Shown: positions 20,712 through 31,276 of the stretch, piece after piece | Position numbering within the stretch: the stretch's first letter is position 1 | Layout: the number at the start of each line of letters is the position of its first letter | Origin: Nemertoderma westbladi | Taxonomy: Eukaryota > Animalia > Xenacoelomorpha | Assembly: GCA_032718475.1 (NCBI GenBank) | Contig: JAUCBJ010001303.1 | Coordinates: 1-33,927 of the forward strand | Length of the DNA: 33,927 nucleotides | Reading direction: 5' to 3' | Position numbers and translations under genes: made by a program | Notes under the pieces: generated by a model | Seen by the model: the letters and a program-made list of their open reading frames with translations, nothing else | Databases searched by the model: none | What the model was told of the DNA's origin: nothing

Positions 20712-23328
20712 ACAATAGATCCTCCCAATTCGTTAGTAACGATAGACCTACCCAATACGTTAGTTATGATAGACCTACCCAATACGTTAGTAACGATAGA
20801 CCTACCCAATACGTTAGTAACAATAGACCCACCAAATACGTTAGTAACGATAGACCCACCCAATACGTTAGTAATGATAGACCCACCCAATACGTTAGTA
20901 ACGATAGACCCACCCAATACGTTAGTAATGATAGACCTACCCAATACGTTAGTAACGATAGACCTACCCAATACGTTAGTAACAATAGACCCACCAAATA
21001 CGTTAGTAACGATAGACCCACCCAATACGTTAGTAACGATAGACCCACCCAATACGTTAGTAATGATAGACCTACCCAATACGTTAGTAACGATAGACCT
21101 ACCCAATACATTAGTAACGATAGACCTACCCAATACGTTAGTAACGATAGACCTACCCAATACGTTAGTAACGATAGACCTACCCAATACGTTAGTAACG
21201 ATAGACCTACCCAATACATTAGTAACGATAGACCTACCCAATATGTTAGTAACGATAGACCCACCCAATACGTTAGTAACGATAGACCCACCCAATACGT
21301 TAGTAACGATAGACCTACCCAATACGTTAGTAACGATAGACCTACCCAATACGTTAGTAACGATAGACCCACCCAATACGTTAGTAACGATAGACCTACC
21401 CAATACGTTAGTAACGATAGACCTACCCAATACATTAGTAACGATAGACCTACCCAATACGTTAGTAACGATAGACCTACCCAATACGTTAGTAATGATA
21501 GACCCACCCAATACGTTAGTAACGATAGACCTACCCAATACATTAGTCAACGATAGACCCACCCAATACGTTAGTAACGATAGACCCACCCAATACGTTA
21601 GTAATGATAGACCTACCCAATACGTTAGTAACGATAGACCTACCCAATACGTTAGTAACAATAGACCCACCCAATACGTTAGTAACGATAGACCCACCCA
21701 ATACGTTAGTAACAATAGACCCACCCAATACGTTAGTAACGATAGACCCACCCAATACGTTAGTAACGATAGATCTACCCAATACATTAGTAATGATAGA
21801 CCTAACCAATACGTTAGTAATGATAGACCTACCCAATACGTTAGTCAATGATAGACCTACCCAATATGTTAGTAACGATAGACCCACCCAATACGTTAGT
21901 AACGATAGACCCACCCAATACGTTAGTAATGATAGACCTACCCAATATGTTAGTAACGATAGACCTACCCAATACGTTAGTAACGATAGACCCACCCAAT
22001 ACGTTAGTAACAATAGACCCACCCAATACGTTAGTAACGATAGACCCACCCAATACGTTAGTAATGATAGACCTACCCAATACGTTAGTAACGATAGACC
22101 TACCCAATACGTTAGTAACGATAGACCCACCCAATACGTTAGTAACAATAGACCCACCCAATACGTTAGTAACGATAGACCCACCCAATACGTTAGTAAC
22201 GATAGACCTACCCAATACGTTAGTAACGATAGACCTACCCAATACGTTAGTAACGATAGACCTACCCAATACGTTAGTAACGATAGACCTACCCAATACG
22301 TTAGTAACGATAGACCTACCCAATACGTTAGTAATGATAGACCTACCCAATACGTTAGTAACGATAGACCTACCCAATACGTTAGTAACGATAGACCTAC
22401 CCAATACGTTAGTAACGATAGACCTACCCAATACGTTAGTCAACGATAGACCTACCCAATACGTTAGTAACGATAGACCTACCCAATACGTTAGTAACGA
22501 TAGAGCCACCCAATACGTTAGCAACGATAGACCTACCCAATACGTTAGTAACGATAGACCTAACCAATACGTTAGTAACGATAGACCTACCCAATACATT
22601 AGTAACGATAGACCTACCCAATACATTAGTAACGATAGACCTACCCAATACGTTAGTAATGATAGACCTAACCAATACGTTAGTAACGATAGACCTACCC
22701 AATACATTAGTAACAATAGACCTACCCAATACGTTAGTAATGATAGACCCACCCAATACGTTAGTAACGATAGACCTACCCAATACGTTAGTAACGATAG
22801 ACCCACCCAATACATTAGTTACGATATACCTACCCAATACATTAGTGATGATAGAGCCACCCAATACGTTAGTAATGATAGACCTACCCAATACGTTAGT
22901 AACGATAGACCTACCCAATACGTTAGTAATGATAGACCTACCCAATACGTTAGTAACGATAGACCTACCCAATACGTCAGTAATGATAGACCTACCCAAT
23001 ACATTAGTAACAAACGATAGACCCACCCAATTCGTTAGTAACGATAGACCTACCCAATACGTTAGTAACGATAGACCTACCCAATACGTCAGTAATGATA
23101 GACCTACCCAATACATTAGTAACAAACGATAGACCCACCCAATTCGTTAGTAACGATAGACCTACCCAATACGTTAGTAACGATAGACCTACCCAATACG
23201 TTAGTCAACGATAGACCTACCCAATATGTTAGTAACGATAGACCTACCCAATACGTTAGTAACGATAGACCCACCCAATACGGTAGTAACGATAGACCTA
23301 CCCAATACGTTAGTCAACGATAGACCTA
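20705..23328. repeat. 27-bp satellite/minisatellite, ~97 copies, consensus GTTAGTAACGATAGACC(T/C)ACCCAATAC
   Basis: Directly visible tandem array with occasional +1 (TTAGTCAAC) and +4 (AACAAACG) variants. Confidence 0.98.
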
Positions 23329-25682
23329 CTACTACTACTATGATCGGCATGCTGCATTGCAGCTGCATTTCTAAGAATGCTGTGCCGGCTTGTCAACAAA
23401 ATTGCACCGCCACAACTCCCTATCACCCATGACATTTGCTAGATCATCCGCATCTTTAAGGCCAGTGTCCTTTAAGATGCGTCTCAAGAAAGTCATGGGC
23501 TGTCCACCATGCTTATTCACTCCATGAGGCTGCCAAAGTACAAGATTATGCACTGGCTGGTCCTCACGGCGAAAGCAATGTCCTGCAAAGCGGAGGCGAT
23601 TTTGTTCTAGTGTCAAGCTTGGGGGAACCAATGAGACACCTCCAATGTTATATAGTGTCTGGTTGGAGATGTGTGCATTGTACTTGACACAATGAACCCG
23701 GCGTAGCATTCTTGTGAATGTGCCATCCAGAGATTTGGTGTCCTCAGCAGTTAGAGCCCAGCATGCACTCCCGTAGAGGAGTACTGGAACTACTGCTGCT
23801 CTAAATAATCGGACCTTAAGTTTCCGATTAATTCTCGGTGACTTCCAAATCCTGGAAAGCCTATTCATGGCTGCCCATGCCTTTCCCTTACGTATTCGAA
23901 GGTCCTCACCTGACTTCCGGATCCATGATCCCAGGTAACAGAAGTCGTCCACATGCTCAAGCATACCATCCTTTGAGCTTATGCTCATCCGATCAGAGAC
24001 TTGCTGAGGACTTTCAAAGTTAACTGTCAGAATTTTGGTCTTTCTGGAGTTAATAAAAAGACCAACACTAGAAGCAGCATGTTCTAATGAGCTGAGGAGC
24101 CGTTGGGCTCCCTCTAATGATTCTGATAGTACTCCTAAGTCATCAGCAAAGTCTAGATCAGTTAGGTACTTGGCAGGATTTCCTCGACTTCTGGAGCCAG
24201 TAGGTGGAGTTATCATCACCCCATCATCATTATAATGATCTAAGGACATGCGTAGAACATAGTCAACCACAATAATGAACAAGAATGGTGCAAGTGTGTC
24301 TCCTTGGAGGACGCCCCATAACACTTCAAATGGTTCTGTGTCACCATCAACAGTAGACACAAATGTTGTCGAACCATCGTATACTGATCTGATTGCTGCA
24401 ATAATTTCATCAGGAATCCCATATAATGAAAGTATGCTGAACATACGTGAGCGAGAGACTGAATCAAAGGCCTTGAAGAAGTCAACAAAGATAACAGCCA
24501 GATGCCTGTCTTTCTTTTTTGAAAACTCTTCAATTATCCTTCTAAGTGCCAAAATGGGCTCCATGGTCCCACGACCTTTACGGAACCCATTCTGATTTCC
24601 ACGGAGCAGTCTCTCAATGGGATCCCTGATGCGATTTAATAGAATCCTATTGTATAGCTTTGCAGCAATCGAGATCAATGAGATTCCCCGAAAAGAACCA
24701 TAGAGTGTTAGGTTGCCCTTCTTGGGAACTGGCACCAACTTATTTGTTTTCATTTCTTGTGGGACTCTTGTTGTTCGGTACATGTCTACTATGATGGGAT
24801 AGATGAGCTTTAAACACTCAGGTATTTTAAAGACCTCAGGGGGAACACCATCTACTCCACTGGCACGATTGGTCTTAATGCTCTTTGCAGCAGCCTTCAC
24901 TTCTGCAAAGGAGATATCGCCAATGGGAATATCTGGGAGTACAGACTCAGACACTTTTACTTCAATAAAGTTATCAGGCAATACCCTGTCATTATTGAGG
25001 AGCTTTTCAAAGTGGGCTTTCCAACCATTGAGGCGATCGGCTGGTGATTCAGCCTTAACCTTGGTGGTTGGTTGGCTTTTCCGCCCAGTAAGCAGATTGA
25101 TCGATTTCCATGCCTGGGATGATTGCCTGCTGTCGTCAGCATCATTGATGGCATCAACCTGTTGGTTTATTAGCTCCTGTAGATTAGCAGAGTACTGCCT
25201 GTTCAGGGACCTAGATGCAGCCTTAACTGCATTCTTGGCCGCTGTAGTCTGTTTGAGTCGGGACTCTTTCTGCGCCTTATGAAGGTCATTTCGGCACTTC
25301 TGAATTTTGTTGTCAGTCCAGGGGGCCCTTTTCCTGTTTCGAGGGTATACAGGAACTGTTTCTGCAGCTGCTAACTTAACTGCTTCTGTAAAGGCAGTAT
25401 AGCCCTCACAGTGATCTGCCGCCTCAGAGGCAAGAGCCTCATACCTGTTGCTCAGCTGTAGTGTGAAGCTGGATCTCACACTTGGCTGTTGCAACAGAGA
25501 CGACCAGTCATGCCGTGGCAAGGCAGATTTCGTTGTTCTGCTAGCACGCAGACTAAGTCTTACCTTGGCCACAATAAGGCGGTGATCACTGGAGAAGGGT
25601 CGAAGTGTAAATGCATTACAGTCTTGTATAGAGCTCCTGTATTTCCTACGAAACAGAATATGGTCTATCTGGGACTTGTGAC
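23326..25682 (-). mobile_element. RTE-clade LINE with open ORF (EN C-terminus + RT), cut at its 5' side by an LTR
   Basis: SQIDHIL, SDHRL, FRGISL, NQNGFRKGR, FVDFFKAFDSV, GVLQGDTLAPFLF, LDFADD, YLGS; stop at 23371; (TAG)5 tail at 23326-23340. The first codons of the ORF-track call (25683-25698) come from the LTR. Confidence 0.95.
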
Positions 25683-25857
25683 TGGTATGTTCTGCCACAG
25701 GCAGTCAACTGAACAATAAATAGCAATGTTCCAACAAGATATATTATATTGCAGTATGGACTAAATGATACCGGTAGTAGTAAAGTACCCCAGTAGGAAT
25801 CGACTTAGGTCCTACTAAGGTTTGTAATGACCTCCACCATTATATTAATATCTCCCA
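25683..25857 (-). repeat. 3' LTR (175 bp, TGG...CCA)
   Basis: Identical to 30395-30569; preceded on - by the polypurine tract GAAAGGGAG (25859-25867). Confidence 0.95.
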
Positions 25858-25980
25858 ACTCCCTTTCATAAAGATATATTCATTGCTAGTATTAAATTAA
25901 TCAAGTAATGAATATATCGAAATATAACTTAACTCAGTTAAATGTTTTAGAATACTTAAAACTGGTAATATATTATGTAG

Positions 25981-28900
25981 TTATTTGGGACTACCCAAAC
26001 GCTTGTAGATCAGTTTATCGGGCTTAACTCGCTGCCGGGTGCTCCTTCGAACTGAATTCCATGATGAGTCTGATTGTACTGGAATCATTTGATTCGTCTC
26101 ATTTGCATTAGTGTTTCTTTGTGTATGTTTCCACTCTGAACCGCAAAGCTCCTGCTGAACAGGTCGCAAGAAGAGTCGATTTCGATACAATGCTCGACCA
26201 GATTCAAGTTTGATCCGATATCTCCGATGGTTCGAGGTATCAATAACTGTGGCTAAACGATCCCATCGTTTGGTGACTGGATTTTGTACAAGAACTGTTG
26301 TACCGTTCTCGATCGGGGTCAACGCAACAGCAGAACGATCGTGGTAAAATTGTCTCTTTACTGCATTTTTTAGTCGTGAACAATCCGCTTTGTCTGCACT
26401 TTTCTGCCAATCAGCAGAATAATATTGCCAATGAACAGGGAGTAGAGACCTTGTAGGGTGTCCAAATACTCGCTGTGAAGGTGACAATCCGTCCTTGTTC
26501 GGAGTATTCAATAATTCGATCACACCAGCTATATATTCATCGCTTGTAATATCACCTCCTGTTTTTGCTAATAAATATTTCATTTTCTTTACATTGATTT
26601 CAGCGTGGCCATTCCCTTTTGGGTATCTAGGAGAAGATGGTGACCAAGTAATTCCCCATTGTTTAAAGAATAACTGCATTTCTTCTGAAGCAAATTGAGG
26701 ACCTTGATCTGAAGACAACTCATTTGGAATACCAGTCATAGAAAAGTAACGTTTGAACACAGAAATTGTATCAGTAGATGATGGATGGCTAACAAATTTT
26801 TCTGTTGTAGTATATCCTGAATATCTGTCAGCTATAATAATGTAATGTTGACCCGCATATTCATAAAAATCTGTCGATACAGATACAAATGCTCTTGGTG
26901 GAATATCCCGTTGTATCATTGGCTCCTGGATTTGTGACGGGCGGTAGAGTTGACAATCATGACATGATTCAATTGTTTTAATTATGTCATATGTATATCC
27001 TGGCCAATATACAGTTTGCCTTGCACGACGTTTAGTTTTTTCAATACCTTGATGGCTAGCATGTAATCGATGTAATATATTTTTCACTGAATTTGGTGGT
27101 ATTACAATTTGACAGCCACGGAGAATTAAATTGTCATCTAATGACAGTTCGTCTTTAATGTTTTTAAACTGTTCAATGTATGCAGACTTAATAGAAGATG
27201 GGAAATCATTTAAAATTGCAAGAATAAGTTGTCTGTAATCTGGGTCTTTTTGAGCATTTTCTCGAAGGTCATCTAATATTAGATCAGGTATTTCATTTGC
27301 AGAAGTTATTGCGACATTAACAATCAATTCTGATTGTTCAGCGATAAGTTCATCAATGAAATAGTCGTCTTCCTGTGGTTCACTCGTCGGGGCCCTTGAA
27401 AGGGCATCTGGAATGAAATGCTCTTTTCCTCTTTTCCAACATACGGTGAAACTATATGGTGTGAGTTTGGAACGGTAATTTAATACACGAGTGTTTTCTA
27501 TATCGACTAGACCATATTGGTTGAATAGCGATACAAGGGGTTTATGATCAGTGATAACTTGGAAGGATGGTAAACCCGCTAAGTAGACGTGACACTTCTT
27601 AATGGCCCAAAGAATAGCCAGAGCCTCCAGTTCTACTGCAGCATAACGTGTCTCTACATCTCTAATGAATCGACTACCACATTGTATTAGTCGCCATTCG
27701 TTATCCTGTTTTTGCAATAACGCAAAACCAAGTCCATGGGAACGGGATGCATCAGTTTGGAGTGATGTTTCTGCTGATGGGTCGAACATTCCAAGTATGG
27801 GTGGTGATACAAGTAATTTTTTCAAATTTTCAAATATGTTAGTATGTTCTTGGAGCCACATAAATTCATTCTTTGTTTGTAGGAGCTGGCGAAGTGGGCT
27901 GGCTACAGCTGCGATTTCTTTACAAAATGATCCCAATTGATTTGTTAATCCTAGAAAACTTCTCAGGTCGGTTCGACTACAAGGGGTTGGGAAATCAGAG
28001 ATTGCATCAATTTTTTTTTTGTCTGCTCTAATGGAACCATGTGAAATGGAATATCCAACAAAATTTATTTTATTGCTACATAAGATACTTTTATCTTTGT
28101 TTATGGTGATGTTATGTTTAGTGCATCTTTCTAGAACATTACATACTATGCGTACCAATTCTTGGAGTGTGGGAGCTCCGATGCCAACATCATCTATAAC
28201 TTTATTCACATTTAATCCTGTGAGAGCACAGTCGCCACGATATGAGTAACTATCCCCAGTGGATACAAAACCCATTGGGGATCTCAAGAATTTGAACTTG
28301 CCAAATGGTGTTATGAAAACTGTTAAATCTTGTGAGGTTGAATCTAATTCCATCTGCCAATAACCCTTAGTGAAATCCAATTTGGCGAAATATTTATCTG
28401 TTGGTGTAAATCCGTTAATCGCCTCAGCGGGAGTTTTGGTATGATAAGAAGTTCTTTGAACTTGGTTGTTTAGTTTCGTTAGATCAACACATAATCTGAC
28501 ATCACCATTTGGTTTGGGGATGACGACTAGTGGATGACACCACTTCGTTGGTATATCTCCTACTGACTCAATTATTTTGCTTTTGATCATATACTCTATG
28601 TTTTTTCTGACTTTGTCCAATAAAGCATATGGTATTTGGCGAGCTGTATGGATGGCATAGGGGACAGCATCTTGCTTTAGACTGATAGACATCGGACTTC
28701 CAACTTCACCACCTTTCATAGTTTTTAATTCGATTGAATCATCGAAGACTTGAGAATATACAGTTTTTAGCTTATTATTGATTTCGAGTATTATTTGATC
28801 ATCCATTGAACAGTTTTTTGGCAGATCATTAATCCAACTTTCTCGATCAGACCAAACATCAGATAATGGCTGTGTGTCCTTCTTTATGTTATTTATATTA

Positions 28901-30147
28901 GTATTCTCATTTTTGGGATAGGGGAAATGAGAACTAACAATTTGTAATTCACGACAGGTTTCGAGAGACAAGTAACAACCTGCTACATCGAAGCAAACTA
29001 CAATTAATGCAATTGCATTGTGGTTTTTGATGCTGACGTTTGCAACAAAGGTTCCAGCTTGTTCTAAAGTTGTTCCTCCTATTGATAATATTCTACAATT
29101 CAATTTTGGGCCAAGTGGAAAATTGTTTGCGAAGCTGGTCTCGTTGAATGTTTTAATACCCATTACATTAGCTCCTGCGCCTGTATCTGCTAATGCAATA
29201 ACTTCAGAACTAAATAAACAATTTTCAGGTTGAATGTTGACTGCTATCAATGGTTGTATAGATTTTTCAATAACGGTTATTGTTAATTTATCGCCAATTG
29301 TTTGACAGGGTATTTTTGTATAGGTATTAATATTCAAATTCGTATTATATTCATCTTCTTGTTCCTCATCGCTACTTTCAAAACAGATATTTTCATCATC
29401 ATTATTTTCTTCTACCATATTAGCATTGGCAATGATTGCTTTGCTTGGACATACAGTTGTAAAATGTCCTAATCCACCACATGATATGCATTTTGCCTTG
29501 ATTGCTGGACATTTATTAAACTGGTGGTTTGACTGACCACATCTATTGCAACGGGGTTTGTTAGATAATTTTTCAGCATTTTTTCTCTCTTCTTTCTGTG
29601 ATTCATTTCTATTTGTCTTTGTTCTGTCGAAATTTTTCCACTTCCGTTTAATATATTCCGTTTTTCCAGCATTTACAGATTTTGTATGAAATGTAAGACA
29701 TTTGTTTGTAAAAGATTCAGCACTTTCATTTAAACTTTTTGAAGCCGCACGTGCCGATTCTAAAGAAGTAATGAATTTTCTGGAATCATTAAAATCGAGT
29801 GGAGGGTCTTTTGAAATTAATTTTTGATTGTCTTCCTCATCAGAAATGGCCAATATCAACAAGGCTGTGTGTAATCTGTCAGTTGTTACTTTCTCTGTGT
29901 TAGCGTATTCACCCAACTCCTGAATTTCATTGCAGAGGGATGTGTATGATTGGCCATGTTTTTGTCGAATGGATAGTAAAGCACGCCAATCTAAGTTGCA
30001 GTTTCGGAGGGAACGGAGATAATGAAGAATATTGTTGTGAATTTCTTCAACTTCTTCATTTGTGTCTGCTGGGATATTTAATGTTCTGTTAATGATTCTT
30101 AAAAAACCTGGGGAGCAACAATCCCAAAATGCAGCAACTTGAGTTTC
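25981..30147 (-). CDS. gag-pol: Gypsy gag-pol polyprotein (Gag, 2x CCHC, protease, RT, RNase H, integrase); gag N-terminus apparently damaged
   Basis: CNRCGQSNHQFNKC / CISCGGLGHFTTVC; LADTGA; RLCVDLTKLN, LDFTKGYWQ, VIDD; TDAS; HHCC plus D-D-E (TDF, SDQGPQF, NGHAE). The frame is open upstream to a TGA at 30148-30150, with no in-frame ATG near the start. Confidence 0.93.
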   Translation of the reverse strand, partial: ETQVAAFWDCCSPGFLRIINRTLNIPADTNEEVEEIHNNILHYLRSLRNCNLDWRALLSIRQKHGQSYTSLCNEIQELGEYANTEKVTTDRLHTALLILAISDEEDNQKLISKDPPLDFNDSRKFITSLESARAASKSLNESAESFTNKCLTFHTKSVNAGKTEYIKRKWKNFDRTKTNRNESQKEERKNAEKLSNKPRCNRCGQSNHQFNKCPAIKAKCISCGGLGHFTTVCPSKAIIANANMVEENNDDENICFESSDEEQEDEYNTNLNINTYTKIPCQTIGDKLTITVIEKSIQPLIAVNIQPENCLFSSEVIALADTGAGANVMGIKTFNETSFANNFPLGPKLNCRILSIGGTTLEQAGTFVANVSIKNHNAIALIVVCFDVAGCYLSLETCRELQIVSSHFPYPKNENTNINNIKKDTQPLSDVWSDRESWINDLPKNCSMDDQIILEINNKLKTVYSQVFDDSIELKTMKGGEVGSPMSISLKQDAVPYAIHTARQIPYALLDKVRKNIEYMIKSKIIESVGDIPTKWCHPLVVIPKPNGDVRLCVDLTKLNNQVQRTSYHTKTPAEAINGFTPTDKYFAKLDFTKGYWQMELDSTSQDLTVFITPFGKFKFLRSPMGFVSTGDSYSYRGDCALTGLNVNKVIDDVGIGAPTLQELVRIVCNVLERCTKHNITINKDKSILCSNKINFVGYSISHGSIRADKKKIDAISDFPTPCSRTDLRSFLGLTNQLGSFCKEIAAVASPLRQLLQTKNEFMWLQEHTNIFENLKKLLVSPPILGMFDPSAETSLQTDASRSHGLGFALLQKQDNEWRLIQCGSRFIRDVETRYAAVELEALAILWAIKKCHVYLAGLPSFQVITDHKPLVSLFNQYGLVDIENTRVLNYRSKLTPYSFTVCWKRGKEHFIPDALSRAPTSEPQEDDYFIDELIAEQSELIVNVAITSANEIPDLILDDLRENAQKDPDYRQLILAILNDFPSSIKSAYIEQFKNIKDELSLDDNLILRGCQIVIPPNSVKNILHRLHASHQGIEKTKRRARQTVYWPGYTYDIIKTIESCHDCQLYRPSQIQEPMIQRDIPPRAFVSVSTDFYEYAGQHYIIIADRYSGYTTTEKFVSHPSSTDTISVFKRYFSMTGIPNELSSDQGPQFASEEMQLFFKQWGITWSPSSPRYPKGNGHAEINVKKMKYLLAKTGGDITSDEYIAGVIELLNTPNKDGLSPSQRVFGHPTRSLLPVHWQYYSADWQKSADKADCSRLKNAVKRQFYHDRSAVALTPIENGTTVLVQNPVTKRWDRLATVIDTSNHRRYRIKLESGRALYRNRLFLRPVQQELCGSEWKHTQRNTNANETNQMIPVQSDSSWNSVRRSTRQRVKPDKLIYKRLGSPK

Positions 30148-30383
30148 TCATAGTTTTTCATAGTGATCCTGCTGGATACTGGCTGACTGGGCTAATCTGC
30201 TAATAACAGAATGAATTGGAAACAATGTGATTCGGTACCGGTATCGTCGCTTACCGCAGGGCTGCAGACCGCGCGTTATTTACCGCCTACCGTCAGACCA
30301 TTAAGTTCAGAAGTTGTAATTAAGCAATTACAGTATAAGATGAAGCTAACTGTAGCCTGTAGCCGCTATTGTAGATTCATAAA

Positions 30384-30394
30384 TCGCAGCGCCA
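30384..30394 (-). promoter_or_regulatory. Primer-binding site TGGCGCTGCGA (probably tRNA-Ser)
   Basis: Immediately follows the 5' LTR end (...CATACCA) and begins TGG, complementary to tRNA CCA; tRNA identity is inferred. Confidence 0.75.
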
Positions 30395-30569
30395 TGGTAT
30401 GTTCTGCCACAGGCAGTCAACTGAACAATAAATAGCAATGTTCCAACAAGATATATTATATTGCAGTATGGACTAAATGATACCGGTAGTAGTAAAGTAC
30501 CCCAGTAGGAATCGACTTAGGTCCTACTAAGGTTTGTAATGACCTCCACCATTATATTAATATCTCCCA
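30395..30569 (-). repeat. 5' LTR (175 bp)
   Basis: Base-for-base identical to 25683-25857 by manual comparison. Confidence 0.95.
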
Positions 30570-30710
30570 ATCATATGCTGCCACTGTGCTCAACCCTATC
30601 GTACTTGGCCGTCTTTAACCACTCGCTACAATGAAAGTTGCGAGGCCATGAGGAGGTAAATTGCGGACATACAAGGTATCAGATAGTATTTCCAAGTCTA
30701 TCTTTTACCT

Positions 30711-30785
30711 GAGCTGCTAGCTGACTGGTTAGAGCGTCAGACTTCCAACTCGGAGGTCACCAGTTCGATCCCACCTGGATGTCAT
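30711..30785 (+). mobile_element. tRNA-like SINE head or tRNA pseudogene
   Basis: A box TAGCTGACTGG and B box AGTTCGATCCC at tRNA spacing; acceptor and anticodon stems do not pair cleanly. Confidence 0.55.
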
Positions 30786-31242
30786 TGCCGACTTTGCAAA
30801 AGCTGTGCCCAACAAAAAGTTATAGTATTTGTCAATATCGTATCAAGGTGCTAATGTTGACTTGTGACGGACTTCACATTTTTTCTGCAATATCTCAAAA
30901 ACTATTCGCTCTATTCTTGTTTTGAATGTGTCTACACCAACTAAATCGGTCATTGCGGTTCTAATGAACATAATATCAATTATCAATGCAGTAGGAATAC
31001 TAGAAGTTGTTAATCACAAAAATATGGAATATTACTCACTTGTGCCAAGCAGCCAAGGAAGGGCAGAAACTGGCCATGTGCCTGTGGGAATATTTCCTGT
31101 CATCTCCAAATCAAAATTTTGGTAGGGCCTATCTATCAAAGTTTGGGCCCATTTGATGACATCTGGTGCGAACTGAGTTGGAATTTCGGAAAAAAGTTTC
31201 TATCGTACCTAAAGTTTCTACCACCCTATTGTGTATGCTGGT

Positions 31243-31276
31243 CAAGGCCTACTAGAGAATTATCTAGTAGGCCTTG
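31243..31276. mobile_element. 34-bp minimal TIR element (P- or hAT-type)
   Basis: Perfect 14-bp inverted repeat CAAGGCCTACTAGA / TCTAGTAGGCCTTG around a 6-bp spacer; 8-bp TSD ATGCTGGT at 31235-31242 and 31277-31284. Confidence 0.85.

Larger units (their letters stand above)
25683..30569 (-). mobile_element. Ty3/Gypsy LTR retrotransposon, Mag-like
   Basis: Two identical 175-bp LTRs, PBS, PPT and a single gag-pol frame in PR-RT-RH-IN order with twin CCHC knuckles. Confidence 0.95.

Noticed and set aside
20705-23328. CRISPR array
   Set aside because: Head-to-tail repeats with no unique spacers, no cas genes and a eukaryotic context.
20390-23432. Many long ORFs on both strands (LVTIDLPNT, VSNDRPTQY, YWVGLSLLT and IVTNVLGRS repeats)
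   Set aside because: Artefacts of a 27-bp unit (a multiple of 3) that lacks stops in four frames; frames switch at the +1 and +4 variants.
30620-30680. HDV-like ribozyme on - (CC-TCCTCAT-GG) as an RTE 5' end
   Set aside because: No matching P1 helix or P1.1 GG could be found.
31040-31081. Possible 42-bp ASB exon on - (CACAG|...|GTGAGT)
   Set aside because: The splice signals are plausible but the peptide is not ankyrin-like; unsupported without RNA data.
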